Source of the DNA: Azolla caroliniana
Lineage: Eukaryota; Plantae; Polypodiophyta
Assembly: GCA_043228905.1 (NCBI GenBank)
Contig: JBHGNT010000015.1
Location: 6,696,001-6,760,000, forward strand
Direction of reading: 5' to 3'
DNA length: 64,000 nt
Of this stretch, positions 11,611-26,600 are shown one piece after another (positions within the stretch are counted from its first letter, which is position 1; each line of letters begins with the position of its first letter). The position numbers were made by a program, and so were the translations under genes. The notes beneath the pieces were generated by a model. The model had not been told where the DNA came from and did no database searches. It was given only the letters and a program-made list of their open reading frames with translations.

Positions 11611-14600
11611 ACGCTGTAGAACACTCGAGAGAAGGAGAGAGAGAGAGAGAGAGAGAATGATGATGACAACGATATATTATTGAGAAAAATATACAAGGAA
11701 GGCTAGGAGGCTTAAGACTAGTGTTGAACCAATTTGGTTCGAAATATCCTAGCCAATCAACTAAATAGTAGCGCTTGTTGCGAACAATCAAGGAATCGAG
11801 GATGGCGGCAACCTCGTACCTAGGTCCATCTTCAAGTTCGATCGGGGGTGGAGATTGTGGAATACATCTTGGGATGGTGCTGTCTTGATAGGGTTCGAGG
11901 AGAGAACGATGAAACACCGGATGCATGCGAAGTTGTGGGGATAGATCGAGACGAAAAGCGACATCATTAATCTTTCCGATAATACGGAAAGGAACTAATC
12001 GCCGATAATCCAACTTCTCGCATGGGCGAGTAGTCTTGATGTGTCGTCGTAGTAGCCATACCCGATCTCCAATGTTAAAATTGGATGGAAGCCAATGATG
12101 ATCCGCATAAACCTTGTGTGTTTGTTGAGCTTGTTGTAGATGAGTGGATAAATCTGCTTGTATCTTGTGTAACCGCTCCAAATGATCCTCTGCGCAAGGA
12201 TTTGTGGGTAACTCTAGGGTTTCAAATACACACCACCGGGGGTGACAACCCGTATAAGCATAAAATGACATAACTTTAGTCGATGAGTGGACAGAGTTAT
12301 TATAGGAAAATTCGGCAAAGTGGAGAATATCTGCCCAGTCATCCTGATGATAGCCTAGAAAGCACTAAAGATACTGCTCCTACGTTTGATTTGTTCGTTC
12401 TGCTTCGCCGTTAGTTTGCGGGTGGTAGCCAGAGGAGAGATTACAAGTGACCTTGAGCATTTTAAAAAGATGCTTCTAGAATTTCAAGAAAAACTGGGGT
12501 CCACAGTCGCTGATGATATTATTAGGAAGGCCATGATGCCGACATACTTCACGCATGACAATTTCAGTGGTTTCTTCATTGGAGATTTCCTTAGTACATG
12601 GCAAGAAATGAACCATCTTCGTATATCGATCTACTACTGTTAAAATCACATTGAATCCCTTAGAGACTGGAATATATGTGATAAATCTAGCGCAATGGAT
12701 TGCCACGACTTTCTTGGAATTGGTAATGGTTCTAATAAACCATATGGATGATGCCTTGGCATTTTTTCTTTGCAACGTGTATCACAAGTTCGTACAAAAT
12801 CTTTGACAAATTGTCGCATACAGGGCCACCAGAATGATCGTTGTACTAAATCTAATGTCTTAGTACTACCAAAATGCTTAGCTGTATATGTGTCATGACA
12901 GTTTTGGACTACTCGAAGGCGGCAAGAACCATTTGGAACATACAAGAGTTTCTTAAAGAATAGTCATCCATCATGACATTCGCATTGTCGATAGTCCGTA
13001 CTTGGTTATTGCGACTGTGAACAAGATGCTCGAGAGGGATCAATTTGTGCTAGAATAGTTTGGGCGAAAGCATCTGTCTTCAAGTCCTCATGTATGGTAT
13101 CGATAACGTGGGAATCCAAAGGCATGCCGAAGACCTGTGTTACTTGTAGTCATGCCGGTCCCAAGATTACTTGCTTTTGGTTATTGAAAGCTGGCTCGCC
13201 GGTGTCGTGGCGTGGCTCACCTAAAAGTGTACCGTTGCGTAGACAAAAGATATCGTGAAAGTGAGGAAGGAATCAATGGTATTATGGACGGAAGAGACGA
13301 AAGAGTAGAGATAGAGTAAGTAGAGATCAACAAGATATGACCAGATGGGATATAGAATGATATTTGAAGGAATGAAAGAGACTTATAATTATTTGATGAA
13401 TGAGTTACAAAATTATTGCAAGCATCATTGATCCTTCGAGCTTTGTCTCACAAAGTTATCTCATTCGCTTTCTTGATGGTAGACCATAGTCTTCCCTTCA
13501 ATCTCTCAACAAGTATAAGACTCGAACCACCACCCTTCCGATGCGAGTTGAGGACCACCACCACCAAGCTAGTTCTTCTTTTCTCTTTTAAGAATACCTT
13601 TCTCTCTCTCTTTCTCTATTACAATATATCTTTCTCTAGATCCAATATAATCATTTCCATCTTATTGCTTGGTTTCTTTTGTCTATACTTCCTTCTCCTT
13701 TTATAGGGAAGAGATGGTTGTACATGTGGGTCATGTGGCGCACATGCAGAGAGGCTCTTGCATGTGTGCTATATGGTGCACATGTAACACGTTTGATGGT
13801 TTAAACCATATAATATCACTTCAAATGAAAAGAAGACACATATTTATACAAATTACAAGGATAGTCTAAATGGTAAGGTTTGAATGTTGTAAGTTTAACA
13901 TTGTTGGTTCAAGTCTTCTTTTGCCCATGTAATTTGCTATATGGTGTGCATGGATTATATTACATGGTTTAGACTATAAAATACTACTTCAAATAAATTA
14001 ACATATATTTTTTAAATTATAAGTATAGGCTAAATGGTAACCTTTGAGTGTTGTAAGGTAGGGTTTATTGGTTCAAGTCCTCTCTTGTTCATGTAATATA
14101 ATATATATTTTTGCCTCTACATATATTGTATAATATTATCATAGTTTGTTATTAATAATGTCTTTATGTATAAAACATTATAAAGGTTTATTTTATTTTT
14201 GTTACGTATTTATCTTATTATAGACTTTTAATGTGAAGCTTTCATACTTCATGTTGATCTATTGGAGGAGGTTCAAGCTCAAACCTTTTCTTAAATACTT
14301 TTATCCTCTTTCTAGCTACCACGTTTAGGATTAGTGTCCCATCTAATTCACTAAGCTTATAAGTAAAGTTATCATATACTTTTCGTACTATGTAGGGTCC
14401 AAACCATCTTTCAACAAATTTGTGAATGGTGCTATGTTGTTTATCTAAACTGCTGTTATACACAAGCACCCAATCCCCTTCTTCTATCTTCTTATGTCGA
14501 ATTCTATGAGTTTTATCAAAACGAATTTTATTCTTCAATCGAGCCTCCTTTAATCATTGGGCTGCTAATTCTACATCTTCAGGCCAACACTCTAATTGTT

Positions 14601-17600
14601 GAATTCGCAAAGCCAACAATTCTTCTCTGCTCAGCTCTTCTTTCCATGGAATAGATGTCCATAACATAATTGATCCTTCTATTGGCATGATGGGCTTTTG
14701 GCCAAGTATCAATTCAGATGGCATATATCCTGTTACTGAGCTATGTGTTGTTTGATCTGCCCATAGTGCATAAGGTAGCATGCGTGGCCAATCTCTTATT
14801 TTACCTTCACAACTTTTCACGATCGCCTTAACTATTGGGCTATGTCCTCTTTCAATCTTCCCATTGGCTTCTGGATTATACGCAGTTGTAAGCGATAACT
14901 TGACCCCTATCCGGCTAAAGAATTCTCTAGCTTCATTAGAGTCAAGTTCTCCTCTATCTGCAATTATTTTACCAACACACCCATAACGACATATTACATC
15001 TTCTAACAGAAATTTACATACAACTCTAGTTGTTTTTTGTTGTAGTGGTCTTCCTTCTACTTGGTTTGTAGGGTCTTCTCTTGCTAGTACTAAATATCGC
15101 ATTTGACCTTGCCCAAGTGGCATTGTCACTAGATCAACCATCCATTTATAATGCATTGATGATGAATATGTTGGTTTTAGCTCATCTCGATATTGAATAG
15201 TTGAATACCTTGAATAGATTTCACAGGTTTCCACAAATTTCATTGCATCTTTATACATATGTGGCCTCCAATACTTTTCTTTCAACTTCATAAATGTCGC
15301 CCATATGCCTCTATGTACTGCCCACAAACTATCATGGAATTTAGTAATTAACTTTCTCTTAATATCATCCTTACAAATGACTCGAAGAGGATTTTCGGTT
15401 GGCCTTTTCGGGTGCCTCCATAAATGCCCTTCATGTAAAAAAAACTTGAATGCCCTTTGTCGAAATTCATTTAATTGTTTCTTTGACCATGATGGGTTGG
15501 CTTCTTGAGTCTTTAAAAGTTTCCTATTTCTAACAATTGACCTTCATATTCGGTGTCTTTGAACATTATGCTTACATTAAACTTGTCATGAGGCTTACTA
15601 GATATTTGATGAGCAACTCAATGGCTTGTAGTTTCCCAATTCTTATCTTCAGTTTGCATCACCTTTTCATTTATGAACCTTGCCCTTGACAACACATCTG
15701 CAACTGGGTTGTCTTTTCCCTTTATATGCTGCAATTTTGGGTTCATGATTCTGATGTATGCAATCCACTGAAGCATTGCAATATCTGGTGTCGTGCAACT
15801 TGCTACCATTCCCATGAGTGGCAAACAATCTGTTTCAACCACTACATTTGCTCCGATCAAGTAATCTCTATCTGTTTTTAATGCAATAAGCAAACCGCAC
15901 AATTCTCGTTTAACTTGTGTATAATTTCGTTGTCTATCATTTAATATCTTTGCTCCAAACCTGATAACATATCGATGTTGGTCTTCATCTTCTTGGTTGA
16001 TAACCCAGTTGATCCCAATTGGGCTAGTATCGACTGTCACTATAATTGGTTTTTCACCTTTGTAGTCTGGTTGACGAAGAACTGGAGCTTTCAATAATGC
16101 TTCTTTCAACTGTTGAACAACTTGTGTATGTTCATTAGTCCAAATAAACTTCTTCCCTTTTCTTAAAAGTTGGTAGAGAGGATCCGAGACATGTGCAAAG
16201 TGTGGTAACCAAATATGATAAAACACACATGCACCCAAAAATCTTCTCACCTTTGTTACTAAGTCGCAAACTTATTTCATATTTTGTATTGCGCTAATTT
16301 TGATAGGTGAAGGCTTCCTCCCATACCACCCACACATATGACCAAATATTAGAACTTCGTTTTGCCCAAAGGTAGACTTTGTTTCTGATAGTGTCAAATG
16401 TACCTGCTCAAGCTTATTTAAAATACTTTCACAATCATTAATGTGATCCATCACAAACTTTCTGCAACCATTTCCAACCATAGTCTCATCTTTCTCTCTT
16501 TCTAAGCATCCCTGAATAGAAATATCATCTAAAAATGGCATAGTTACCTTGGGATGTACTCATGTAGGACCTTGTTCATTACATTCATCATATGAGCAAT
16601 TGAATTTGTCGCACCTTGAGGTAGAGTGCACATTCGAACCAACCCAATTGGTGTTATCATTGTTGTGATATTGCGACTATCAATCGCTAGTTGAAATTGG
16701 TCGTATCCTGAATATAGGTCTCCCATAGAGTAAATCGCTCTCCCAGCAAAACCTTCCGCAAATTCATCAACGATCTGGCCGATTCCTGCATTTCAGATTG
16801 TGACTTTGTTGACTGGTTGTAGATCTTGAATGAATCTTAGAGAACCATCTTTCTTTGGAACTATGAACCATCGGTTGGAGTATGGTGCATTGGACGGCTC
16901 TAAAATCTTCATCTTGACTTTATCCTTCAACAGCTCCAACAATTGAGGTAATCGAGCTCTCGGTACTGCAATAGGTTAAAAATTCCAAGGAATATGAGGG
17001 ATAGTAAATATTACCATTGGCGTTACCACCTTTGGATCTACACAACCAATCTCCTCGGCTTTGAATGCGAACGCTTTCCCATGCCTAAAGATCATGTCTT
17101 TGAAAGTCGTGATCTCAGATTGTAGAAGAAATTCACCCCCTCCGACTCTTAAGTTATTTATTGTATCCGAAGTGAAGTGATGTCCAATCTTCTCTATTGG
17201 TCGAAGCATAGGCTCAGTTGATGTTGCCTTCATCTTCTCTTCGCTACCAATAGGTAATGGTACTACAACAGGTTTAATCTTTTTATCTATTGTTTTATAT
17301 TTTGTGTTACATAAACCTTCTACTTCTTCATATTTACAAGTATACTTATCAATTTCATAATACATATCAATTGAGTTTACATGTATCTTTCTAATATTCT
17401 CATCATCTTCTTTCAAATAAATTTCTAACTCTTCTAAAGTATTTGCAAAAGAAATTTCTTCCATAACACTTTCAATTTGCTCTTCCATTTCAAGTACTCC
17501 GTTATCTTTCAATGCCTGCTAAAACAGATTAACATTCTTTTTCAAGTTCCTCTTGCATTCATACATCCTAGTCACACATATAGCACCACTTTCAGAAACA

Positions 17601-18070
17601 TGAAATGACTTATTCATATGTTTTAATGCCCTATATGAGGGTCTTTTAATAATGGGACTATTGCAACCCTCACTCGCAATAGTCCTAGTCGAAAACTTGA
17701 TTACAGTCTTTTGGTATTGAATGATCATGAAGCTCTTGCTTGTTCCTCTCATGATTTGGGCGAACTGTCATAAATTGTACAGTTTTTCGTCCATCTTGGC
17801 TACGGATTTTCGCATAGGCAGAACCATTGTCGAGGACTTTGGTCTCCATCCGTACCGCTGTAATGTATGGTTGCCCCAAGATTATTGGATAGGTAGATCC
17901 TTCCTACACAAAGAGATGTTGATCTACCTCTATATCACCAATAGTAACCTTTACATTTGGTCATGCACCAAATAAATCTTCCGTGACTGATGTGGCACCT
18001 TTTACTGGCCAACCATGTTGAGTATCAATTGGCCATCTACCTTTCCTATAAAAATCAACACTCATTATAT

Positions 18071-18764
18071 TGTTAAAACGCAGTGCTCGGCCACAACCGA
18101 GGAATAGGATCAACTCACAGAAAACAGGAAATACAAAATGCACGAAGACAATGGAGAGCAGAGTACACAGGATGTTTTGCGTGGAAAACCCTAAATGGGA
18201 AAAAACCACGGGAGTCCTCAAACTCCAACTATCACTATAAGCAGAGAAGTACAATGGTGAGGCTACAAGGCAACAACCTTCAGCTCACTGTCTTCGCCAC
18301 AGGCGGCGGTAATACACAGAGGCAACGACCTCTTCGTCTCTCTCTCTCTCTCTCTCTCTCTCCCTCGGCTGCTCACTTAGCTCCCTCTAAGTGGAAAACC
18401 AGAACAATGAGTAACAACAACAACAAAATTGTTTGCCCTAAGTCATATTTATACACATATGACTTTCGGGCTATTTACAAATATAGCCTCAAGGGCCCTT
18501 GGCAAACATATTCACAAATATGTCCCCGCATCCGGATCTCTCTCCGGGTACATTCGTCATCCGGCTCCGTAGCCGGGGTCTTCATCATCCGGCTCCGTAG
18601 CCGGGGTCTTCATCATCCGGATCCGTAGCCGGGGTCTTCATCATCCGGATCCGTAGCCGGGGTCTTCATCATCCGGCTCCAAGACCGGGTACTCCTCATT
18701 CGGGTCTTCATTCCCGATTTCCGGACATCCGACCATCCCATCCGGAGGGACCGTAATCCCAACA
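18071..18764 (-). mobile_element. Solo LTR of the copia family, with a 28-bp tandem array
   Basis: TG...CA ends; TATAT TSD at 18066-18070 and 18765-18769; splits the host protease region. Confidence 0.92.
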
Positions 18765-20570
18765 TATATTTATTTCAGAACCATGATCAATAAGTGCCAT
18801 CACGGGGTCTGGAACATTTCCAATCTTCACATGATGTTCAGTCATGGCTCTTGCCCAACATTTAAGAGAGTAATGGCTTCTTACATCTGTTGAATTTATC
18901 ATTGAGGTTGATGCATGTTGAGAGTCAACAACTATATTGTTTGACTCATTGCTCACCACTTCATATGCCACCTTCGGATTTGTCTCTTTAACCTGCTCAT
19001 TTACTTGCTTCTTTCTTTGCACAATATCAATTATTTCATCATGAAATTCCTTTTTTGCAATACCTAACACTTCTCTTATGTGTAAATTCTACTCAACTGT
19101 CTAGTATTCTTGTTTCTAAAACTTTCTTTAAATCTGTATCTTTTTCAATATCAGACATTAATTTGAATGAAGGACCAAATTTACCTTTTTTGACTTTTGT
19201 GTCCATCTCTTTTCTTTTGCTTTCTCTTGTCTCATGCTTTTTTGTTGAGCCAATCTCATCATCCGACCTTTTCCTTTTTTTTCCACTATCACCTCATGCT
19301 CTTGTTGTTCTGCCATCTGAGCATAGACTGTCATAGCATCTATTGGAACATCCCATCCAGTATTTGTCCTTACAGAATCTCTGGCAACACGAAGGTTTTC
19401 CATCTTCATCTTTTGCTTTTGTGCGGTACTTACAACCTTCTCCGAGAATGATGATCGGGATGGCATGTCATCGAGGCGCATTCTTGTCGTTGCCGAGTAG
19501 TACATTGTGGAAGCCTTCTTTGCTTCAGCTTCTTCAAATTTAACCGTAACACCACCATCACCAAAGTTCTTTGTAAGTGGACTTCTAGTTTCACTTAAAT
19601 AAATGTTACCATTATTCCAATACACCAAGTCTCGATTTTCCATGTCGTTATATTCTTCACAATCACATATATGATGTTCGAGACTATCGCACCACATGCA
19701 TCGGGGTCAAAATGGTTCCCTTGACCTCAAAGTTTGACCATTCTCAAGCTTTGCCACTTTAATTGTTAGATCTTTCATACTTTGAACTAAATCATCAAGA
19801 CAAGACTCACTCTTAGTTCCGATCATTTCGTGTGATGGTTCTCGACCATGTCTTTGAACTTCGATGTTTTGATCAAGCCGATTCATGATTCCCACATGTG
19901 GTATTTGTAGCATTACACCATTCCTTTGCATTATTTTCATAAATTTATTACAAGAATTTGTTACCTCATTCCAATCTGCTGTTATACCATCCTCGGTATT
20001 TGGTACTTCAAGCATAAATTCCAATTCTTTTCTATATCTCTTGTCAACTGCCTGCAAAAATAAAGGAACCTTTTGCCAAGAAAAAGAATTTCTTTCTTTT
20101 GGCTTTAAGTGTCCATACATCCTATCAAACTCTTTTTTTGTGTCAGCCATAGATAACCCTTTATCTTCTTTTAAGATCCATTCATGAAATGAACGCATAG
20201 TAACTCGAGAGAAATCTTCACGAGAATATTCAGGCACAAGAGCTTCTTTGAATGCATTCCAATCCAAACAATGCAATGCTTGTATTTCACGAATTCTATC
20301 TCTTAATTCCATTTCCACTAATTTATAAAAGATTGCTATCATATTGACGTCATCCACACCAAACATTTCCATTTCATCATAATATATATTGACATACTTT
20401 GAGATATTTGTGCCATCAAACACACCAATCTTCTCTCGGACTTCTCGTAAGGCATGAAATAATTGATATTGATTCAATTTCTCAATAAATAACCTTATCG
20501 GATCCATTGTACTCGTACTTTCCATGTTGATGTTGATCTTTACTTTAGATGTCTCTTCTACTTCCCCGTT

Positions 20571-20587
20571 TCACGTCGGATTCACCA
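20571..20587 (-). promoter_or_regulatory. Primer-binding site, probably complementary to tRNA-Trp
   Basis: TGGTGAATCCGACGTGA next to the LTR; from memory, plant tRNA-Trp ends CACGTCGGGTTCACCA. Confidence 0.7.
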
Positions 20588-23500
20588 AATTGTGTTGTGT
20601 TGTGGCTCGCCTAGAAATGTACCATTGTGTAGACAAAAGATATCGTGAAAGTGAGGAAGGAATCACTGGGATTATGGACGGACGAGATGAAAGAGTAGAG
20701 ATAGAGTAAATAGAGATCAACAAGATATGACAAGATGGGATATAGAATGATATTGGAAGGAATGAAAGAAACTTATAATTATTTGATGAATGAGTTACAA
20801 AATGATTGCGAGCATCGTTGATCCTTTGAGCTTTGTCTCACAAAGTAATCACTCTTCTCTTTCTTGATGGTAGACCATAGTCTTCCCTTCAATCTCTCAA
20901 CAAGTATAAGACTCGAACCACGACCCTTCCGATGCGAGTTGAGGACGACCACCACCAAGCTAGTTCTTCTTTTCTCTTTTAAGAATACCTTTCTCTCTCT
21001 CTTTCTCTATTACAATATATCTTTATCTAGATCCAATATAATCATTTCCATCTTATTGCTTGGTTTCTTTTGTCTATACTTCCTTCTCCTTTTATAGGGA
21101 AGAGATGGTTGTACATGTGGGTCATGTGGCGCAAATGCAGAGAGGCTCTTGCATGTGTGCTATATGGTGCACATGTAACACGTTTGATGGTTTAAACCAT
21201 ATAATATTACTTCAAATCTAAATGGTACGGTTTGAATGTTATACGTTTAAGGTTGTTGGTTCAAGTCCTCTTTTGGCCATGGAATTTGCTATATGGTGTG
21301 CATGTATTATATTACATGGTTTAGACTATAAAATACTACTTCAAATATATTAACATATATTTTATGAATTATAAGTATAGGCTAAATGGTAACCTTTGAG
21401 TGTTGTAAGGTAGGGTCTATTGGTTCAAGTCCTCTCTTGACCATGTAATATAATATATATTTTTGCCTCTACATATATTGTATAATATTATCATAGTTTG
21501 TTATTAATAATGTCTTTATGTATAAAACATTATAAAGGTTTATTTTATTTTTGTTATGTATTTATCTTATTGTAGACTTTTTATGCTCTTCTTGGGTCTT
21601 CGAATAAACCAGTAGATCATCCAAATAGATGATCAAACAAACATCCAAGAGATCTCGGAATATATCATTTTCCATGTGTTGGAAGACTGTTGCTGCATTA
21701 GTGAGGCCGAACGGTATGACTGTATACTCGAAGTGCCCATATCTGGTGCGAAACGCGGTCTTCCATTCATCTCCTAGTCGGATCCGTACAACGTTATATG
21801 CTCCTCGTAAGTCGATCTTCGTGAAGAACCTTGCACCATTGATCCGTTCTAAAAGATTTGAGATAAGGGGAAGTGCCTACCTATTTTTGATGGTGACCTT
21901 ATTCAAGCCATGGTAATCTACAACGAGACGAAGTGATCCATCCTTTTTCTTGACGAAGAAAATGGGTGAGCCGGGTGGAGATTTCGAATGCCGAATGAAA
22001 CCATTTTCCAAATTCTCCTCTATATAGGCTCGAAGGACTTCTAGCTCGGTTGGTGAAAAATTGTAGATCGGTCCCCATGGTGGCTCTTTTCCCGGTTGTA
22101 AATCGATGGGGCAATCATACGATCGATGGTGAGGAAGCGTATTGGCTTGTACTTTATCGAACACATCGGCACAATGATGATACTTCTTTGGAACTTGAAC
22201 GATGCACTCCTCTTTAGTGGTGTCGGAGGGTTTTACTGATATTGTGAAGAGAAACATTTCTTCCTTGCATCATTCTTTCCACAACTGATGTAGCGAAATG
22301 GTTGCAATCTTATGAGTCGATCCTCGGGCTTGTCAATACCGGATTTCTCTTGTTCTCCAATCTATGTTTGGGTTATGTAATTCGAACCATGGTAATCCTA
22401 AAACAATGGGATGTTCTGGGATACTAATTATATTAAATGATACTACACACGCTAGATTATCTAGGACAATATTAACGGGCTCTGACTCTTCTATGATATT
22501 TCTGGAAGCAATGGGACGACCATCAATGACTACAACTACAAAGGCTAGAAACGAGAGTTTTCTGAGAGATATCTGATGAGTGTGGGCAAAATTCCTATCC
22601 ATGAAACAAGAATTAGCTCCGAAATCTAGAAGTGCTAAGACATATACTAGAGGGGTACTTTTAGTACTTGGGCTACGAACACATTACTAACTTGCTTAGA
22701 GGGAATGGAACCACTAATGGGCTGCAAAGATCTAGGGCTGTCCAACCAAACGGCTCCTATTTTGGTTGGACTTAATCGTTTAACTCTTCTTCTAGCTGAC
22801 TAAGGACATCAAATTTGTTTGCTAGATTTGGGCTATTAGTACTATTAGGACTATTAGATATTCCTACTGAAATAGACTCGGGTTTAATACAATTACAACT
22901 AGCAACTAGTTGGTTTAACTTGTCTTCTTGGTCTATGGGGACAATTTACTGCAATATGCCCTGGTCCACCGCAATAAAGACATAGTTGATTTGCTCGACG
23001 TCGCCATTTTTCTTCTTCTGATAATGGTCCGTGACAAGGTGTAGTGTCAATCTCCATCGGAGTCGGAGTATTCACTGGAGACGCATTATATGACTCCCTC
23101 GGAAAAGGTTTCACTACCATTGAGGCGTAGGTGGGCTTTGATCTTGCCCTCAGCATCTGGAATTGCCGTTCCGAACGATGTTCGAAAAGGCGGTTGTTGC
23201 ATCTCACCGCGCGACTGATTGCTTCTATTAATGGCTTTGGTTCTTCGAGAAAGGTCATGAGTAAATCCTTGACATCGTTGCGTAAACCATAACGAAATTG
23301 CTCCATCAATGCTTGATCATCCCAAGGGATATTGGCGACGAGTAGGCGGAAATCTGCAGCGTGTGTGAAGGCTGGACAATCACCTTGGCGTAATCGTCAG
23401 ATTTTGTTGATTGCTTTCCTTATGCTGTTAGTATCTCCAAAACAGGCTTTAAACTCACTTATAAATTCTTCAAAATTGTTTAGTAATGGAGATTCGTTTT

Positions 23501-23689
23501 TTAATAACAGAGTGAACTATGCCAATGCTGAGGCACTAAGTAGATTGCCTACTAGTCCCACTCGTAATGCATCGGTGGGATATCGAGAAGGATGCATTTG
23601 AATCACTAAACATACCTGATTCAGAAAACCTCTAAACTGTGATTGGGTCCCATCAAATTTTGCAGGAAGACCAATCTTGGGTTCTTTGT

Positions 23690-26600
23690 TGTAAAGAATC
23701 GGGTATGATTCTTGTGTAGTGGAAGAGATGTGTGTTATGTATATGTGTGAGAGGAATTAGAGGAGAGAAGAGAGAACACAAGATAGATAGAAAAAGGAAT
23801 ACTCAAGAAGAAGGTGTATATTCACAAGTAGAATAAGAAATAAAAAATGTAGCATTACAAGGAGTCACAACTGACTTAGTATGAAGTATGAGGAGGGTGC
23901 TTTACATAGAGTCACCCTCTCTCTTCATTAACTTACAACAACCACTCTCTCTCTTGGGGACTGGGGAATGTGAAGACTCATAGTCATGGGGAATATGTAA
24001 CTCATTAGTTATGTGTCATAGAATATGATTCTATGATACATAGTTAATGTGTAGAGAGTAGTGGTGTGACTCTTGACCTTTGAGTAATCATAGATTCTCA
24101 AAAGGTGTTTTCACACGTTGTGCTATGTTGAGCTTGATTCTCAACACGCCCCCTCAAGCTGAACTCGGGTTGGTTCCTTTCGATTGATGTTCGCTTCGGT
24201 TGGTATCCGGTTCGGACGAGCTCCGGTGTTCGCTTCGGCTTGTACCCGGTTCGGACGGTATTCGGTTCTCGCTTGTACTCCCCCTCAAGCTTGGCAAGTC
24301 AAGGATCATCAATCAAAGGTTTGACATAAATTGCTGAAGCTTGTAAGCTCCTAAGGCTTTGGTGAAGATGTTGGTCATCTGAAGATTCGTGTTGATGTGT
24401 TGAAGGTCGACATCTCCGGCTTGTATGCGCTCTCGAATGAAGTGATAGTGCACTTCGAGGTGCTTTGTGCGCGCATGGAACACCGCGTTCTGAGCCAGAT
24501 ATATACTATTCATATTGTTGCAGTAAATGGGAGTTGGATCCTTGATGGGGATGCCCAGATCTTCAAAATCCTCTTGACCCATACGACTTCACATGCAGCT
24601 ATGGCTGCGCCCCTGTATTCAGCCTCCGTACTCGAAAGTGCAATGGTAGGCTGCTTCTTACTACAAGATATTGCTCCGCTACCGAGCGAGAAGACAAATC
24701 TGGAGGTCGATCGTCGATCAACTTTGTAGCCTGCCCAGTCCGTGTTTGTGTACCCTTCAAGTTGTATTGGTGTGGCCGATGCGTAGAGAACGCCGTAATC
24801 CATTGTGCCGCTCACGTATTGTAATACAAGCTTAGCGCAATCCAAGTGAATGTCGCGTGGTTTATGAATGAATTGGCTGAGGAGTCCGACTGGATAAGTA
24901 AGGTCGGGTCGAGTGATCGTGAGATAGATGAGGCTCTCGATCAATTGACGATATTGGGTCAGCTCGCACTTGTATGTGCCGCAGTCAACATCTAGTTTGA
25001 GATTTCGATCGAGAGGCATAGCGACCGATTTGCACTCAATCATCCGGAACTTGTATAACAAGTTGAGAATGTAGTGCCGTTGAGAGATCATAATGCCGAT
25101 CGGAATCTGAATTACTTCATGGAGCTCCTTCATGTCCATCATCTCGAATATTGAGAGGAGGGACTTCACCTTGTTCATGTCGACTAGACTTTCACCTCCA
25201 ATGACCAGATCATCCACGTATAGGATGATGATAATTAGGCTTCTAGAGTCGTGTCGTACGTAGAGGGAGTTGTCAGATTTCGACACTAGAAAGCCGATTT
25301 GATGAAGATATTGCGTAATCTTTGGATGCCAAGTACACAATGCTTGCTTGAGGCCGTAGAGAGGCTTTTTGAGGTGGCATACGACTTTTAGATGAATGCG
25401 CAATTCGAAGCCAGGTGGTTGTACCATGTACACCTCCTTGTCTAATTCGCCTTGAAGAACGGCGTTCTTGACGTCCATTTGGTGGAGGTCCCACCCTTTT
25501 GCCGCTGCAAGTGTGATCATGGTCCACACCGTCGTCATCTTTGCCACCGCGGCAAAGGTCTCTTCATAGTGGACTCCATGTGTTTGTGCGTATCCTTTCG
25601 CTACGAGTCGAGCTTTGTAGCAGTTGACGGAGCCGTCAACATTATACTTCACCTTGTAGATCCATCTACATCCGATCGCCTTCCTGTGCGGTGAGTGGGG
25701 AACGATATCCCATGTGTCATTCTTCTGTAGTGCACGCATCTCCTTGTTCATTGCTTCAATCCATCGCGGGTCCTTCGCGGCTTCGGAAAAGGTTTCCGGC
25801 TCCCGTACTGTTGCGACCTTCATCATAAAGGCGTAATGGTATTCCATATACTCATTGTAGCCGAAGTGGCTTATGAGGTTCTTTTCATGGGTGGATCGGC
25901 GTAGCTTCTCGTTTGCGGATTCTAAGGCTTTCTTCACTCCATTTGTCCGGATCTCAAGACCTTCGAACTCACTATCGAGGGAGTGAGTTGATTCATTGCC
26001 GTCGAAGTGATCGTCTTCATACTTTGGCATTTTCGCCTTCCCTTTGTCCATCTTCGGACTCAGCCAAGATGTGCTTTGATTGATCAGGGGCTCTTGTGGC
26101 CCACTAAGCCTTGTCGTAATTGGGCTTTCTTCAAACATGCGTGTGAGTCGATCTTTGGCTTCTATCTCTATTTCGGCGGAATCTAGGTCGAGCAGAATCA
26201 AAGTCGATGTTGTCTCTGGTGCATACCAGGATGTGGACTCATCGAAAATGACGTCTCGACTTACTCGAGATTTTCGAGTTGAGGGGTTGTAGGACTTGTA
26301 CCCCTTTTACTCCAGTGAGTATCCTACGAGGATACATTTCTCCGACTTCGGGTCGAGCTTTTGATGCTTCTCGTCGGGGATGTGCACGTACGCAATGGCG
26401 CCGAATATCCGAACATGGGATAGGTCCGGCTTCTTTCCGAAGAACTTCTCATGCGGAGTATGGTCATACACGCCGGATGTCGTACACCGATTCATGAGGT
26501 ATACGGCAGTGTTAGCCGCTTCTGCCCAGTACGACTTTGGCACATGCTTTTCGTTCATCATGGCCCGTGCTACTTTGAGAATGTGCCAATTCTTTTGTTC

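Larger units (their letters stand above)
13203..21582 (-). mobile_element. Ty3/gypsy element with ~1-kb direct repeats (13203-~14235, 20593-~21582), tRNA-Trp PBS, and a degenerate gag-pol
   Basis: gag 19707-20525; protease ALIDHGSEIN; RT DLYSGYDQ, LPQGATNS, PFLDD; RNase H VTVDTSP...ETDC; integrase WMVDLV...ADRGEL...NPEANGKIE; GPY motif. Confidence 0.9.
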
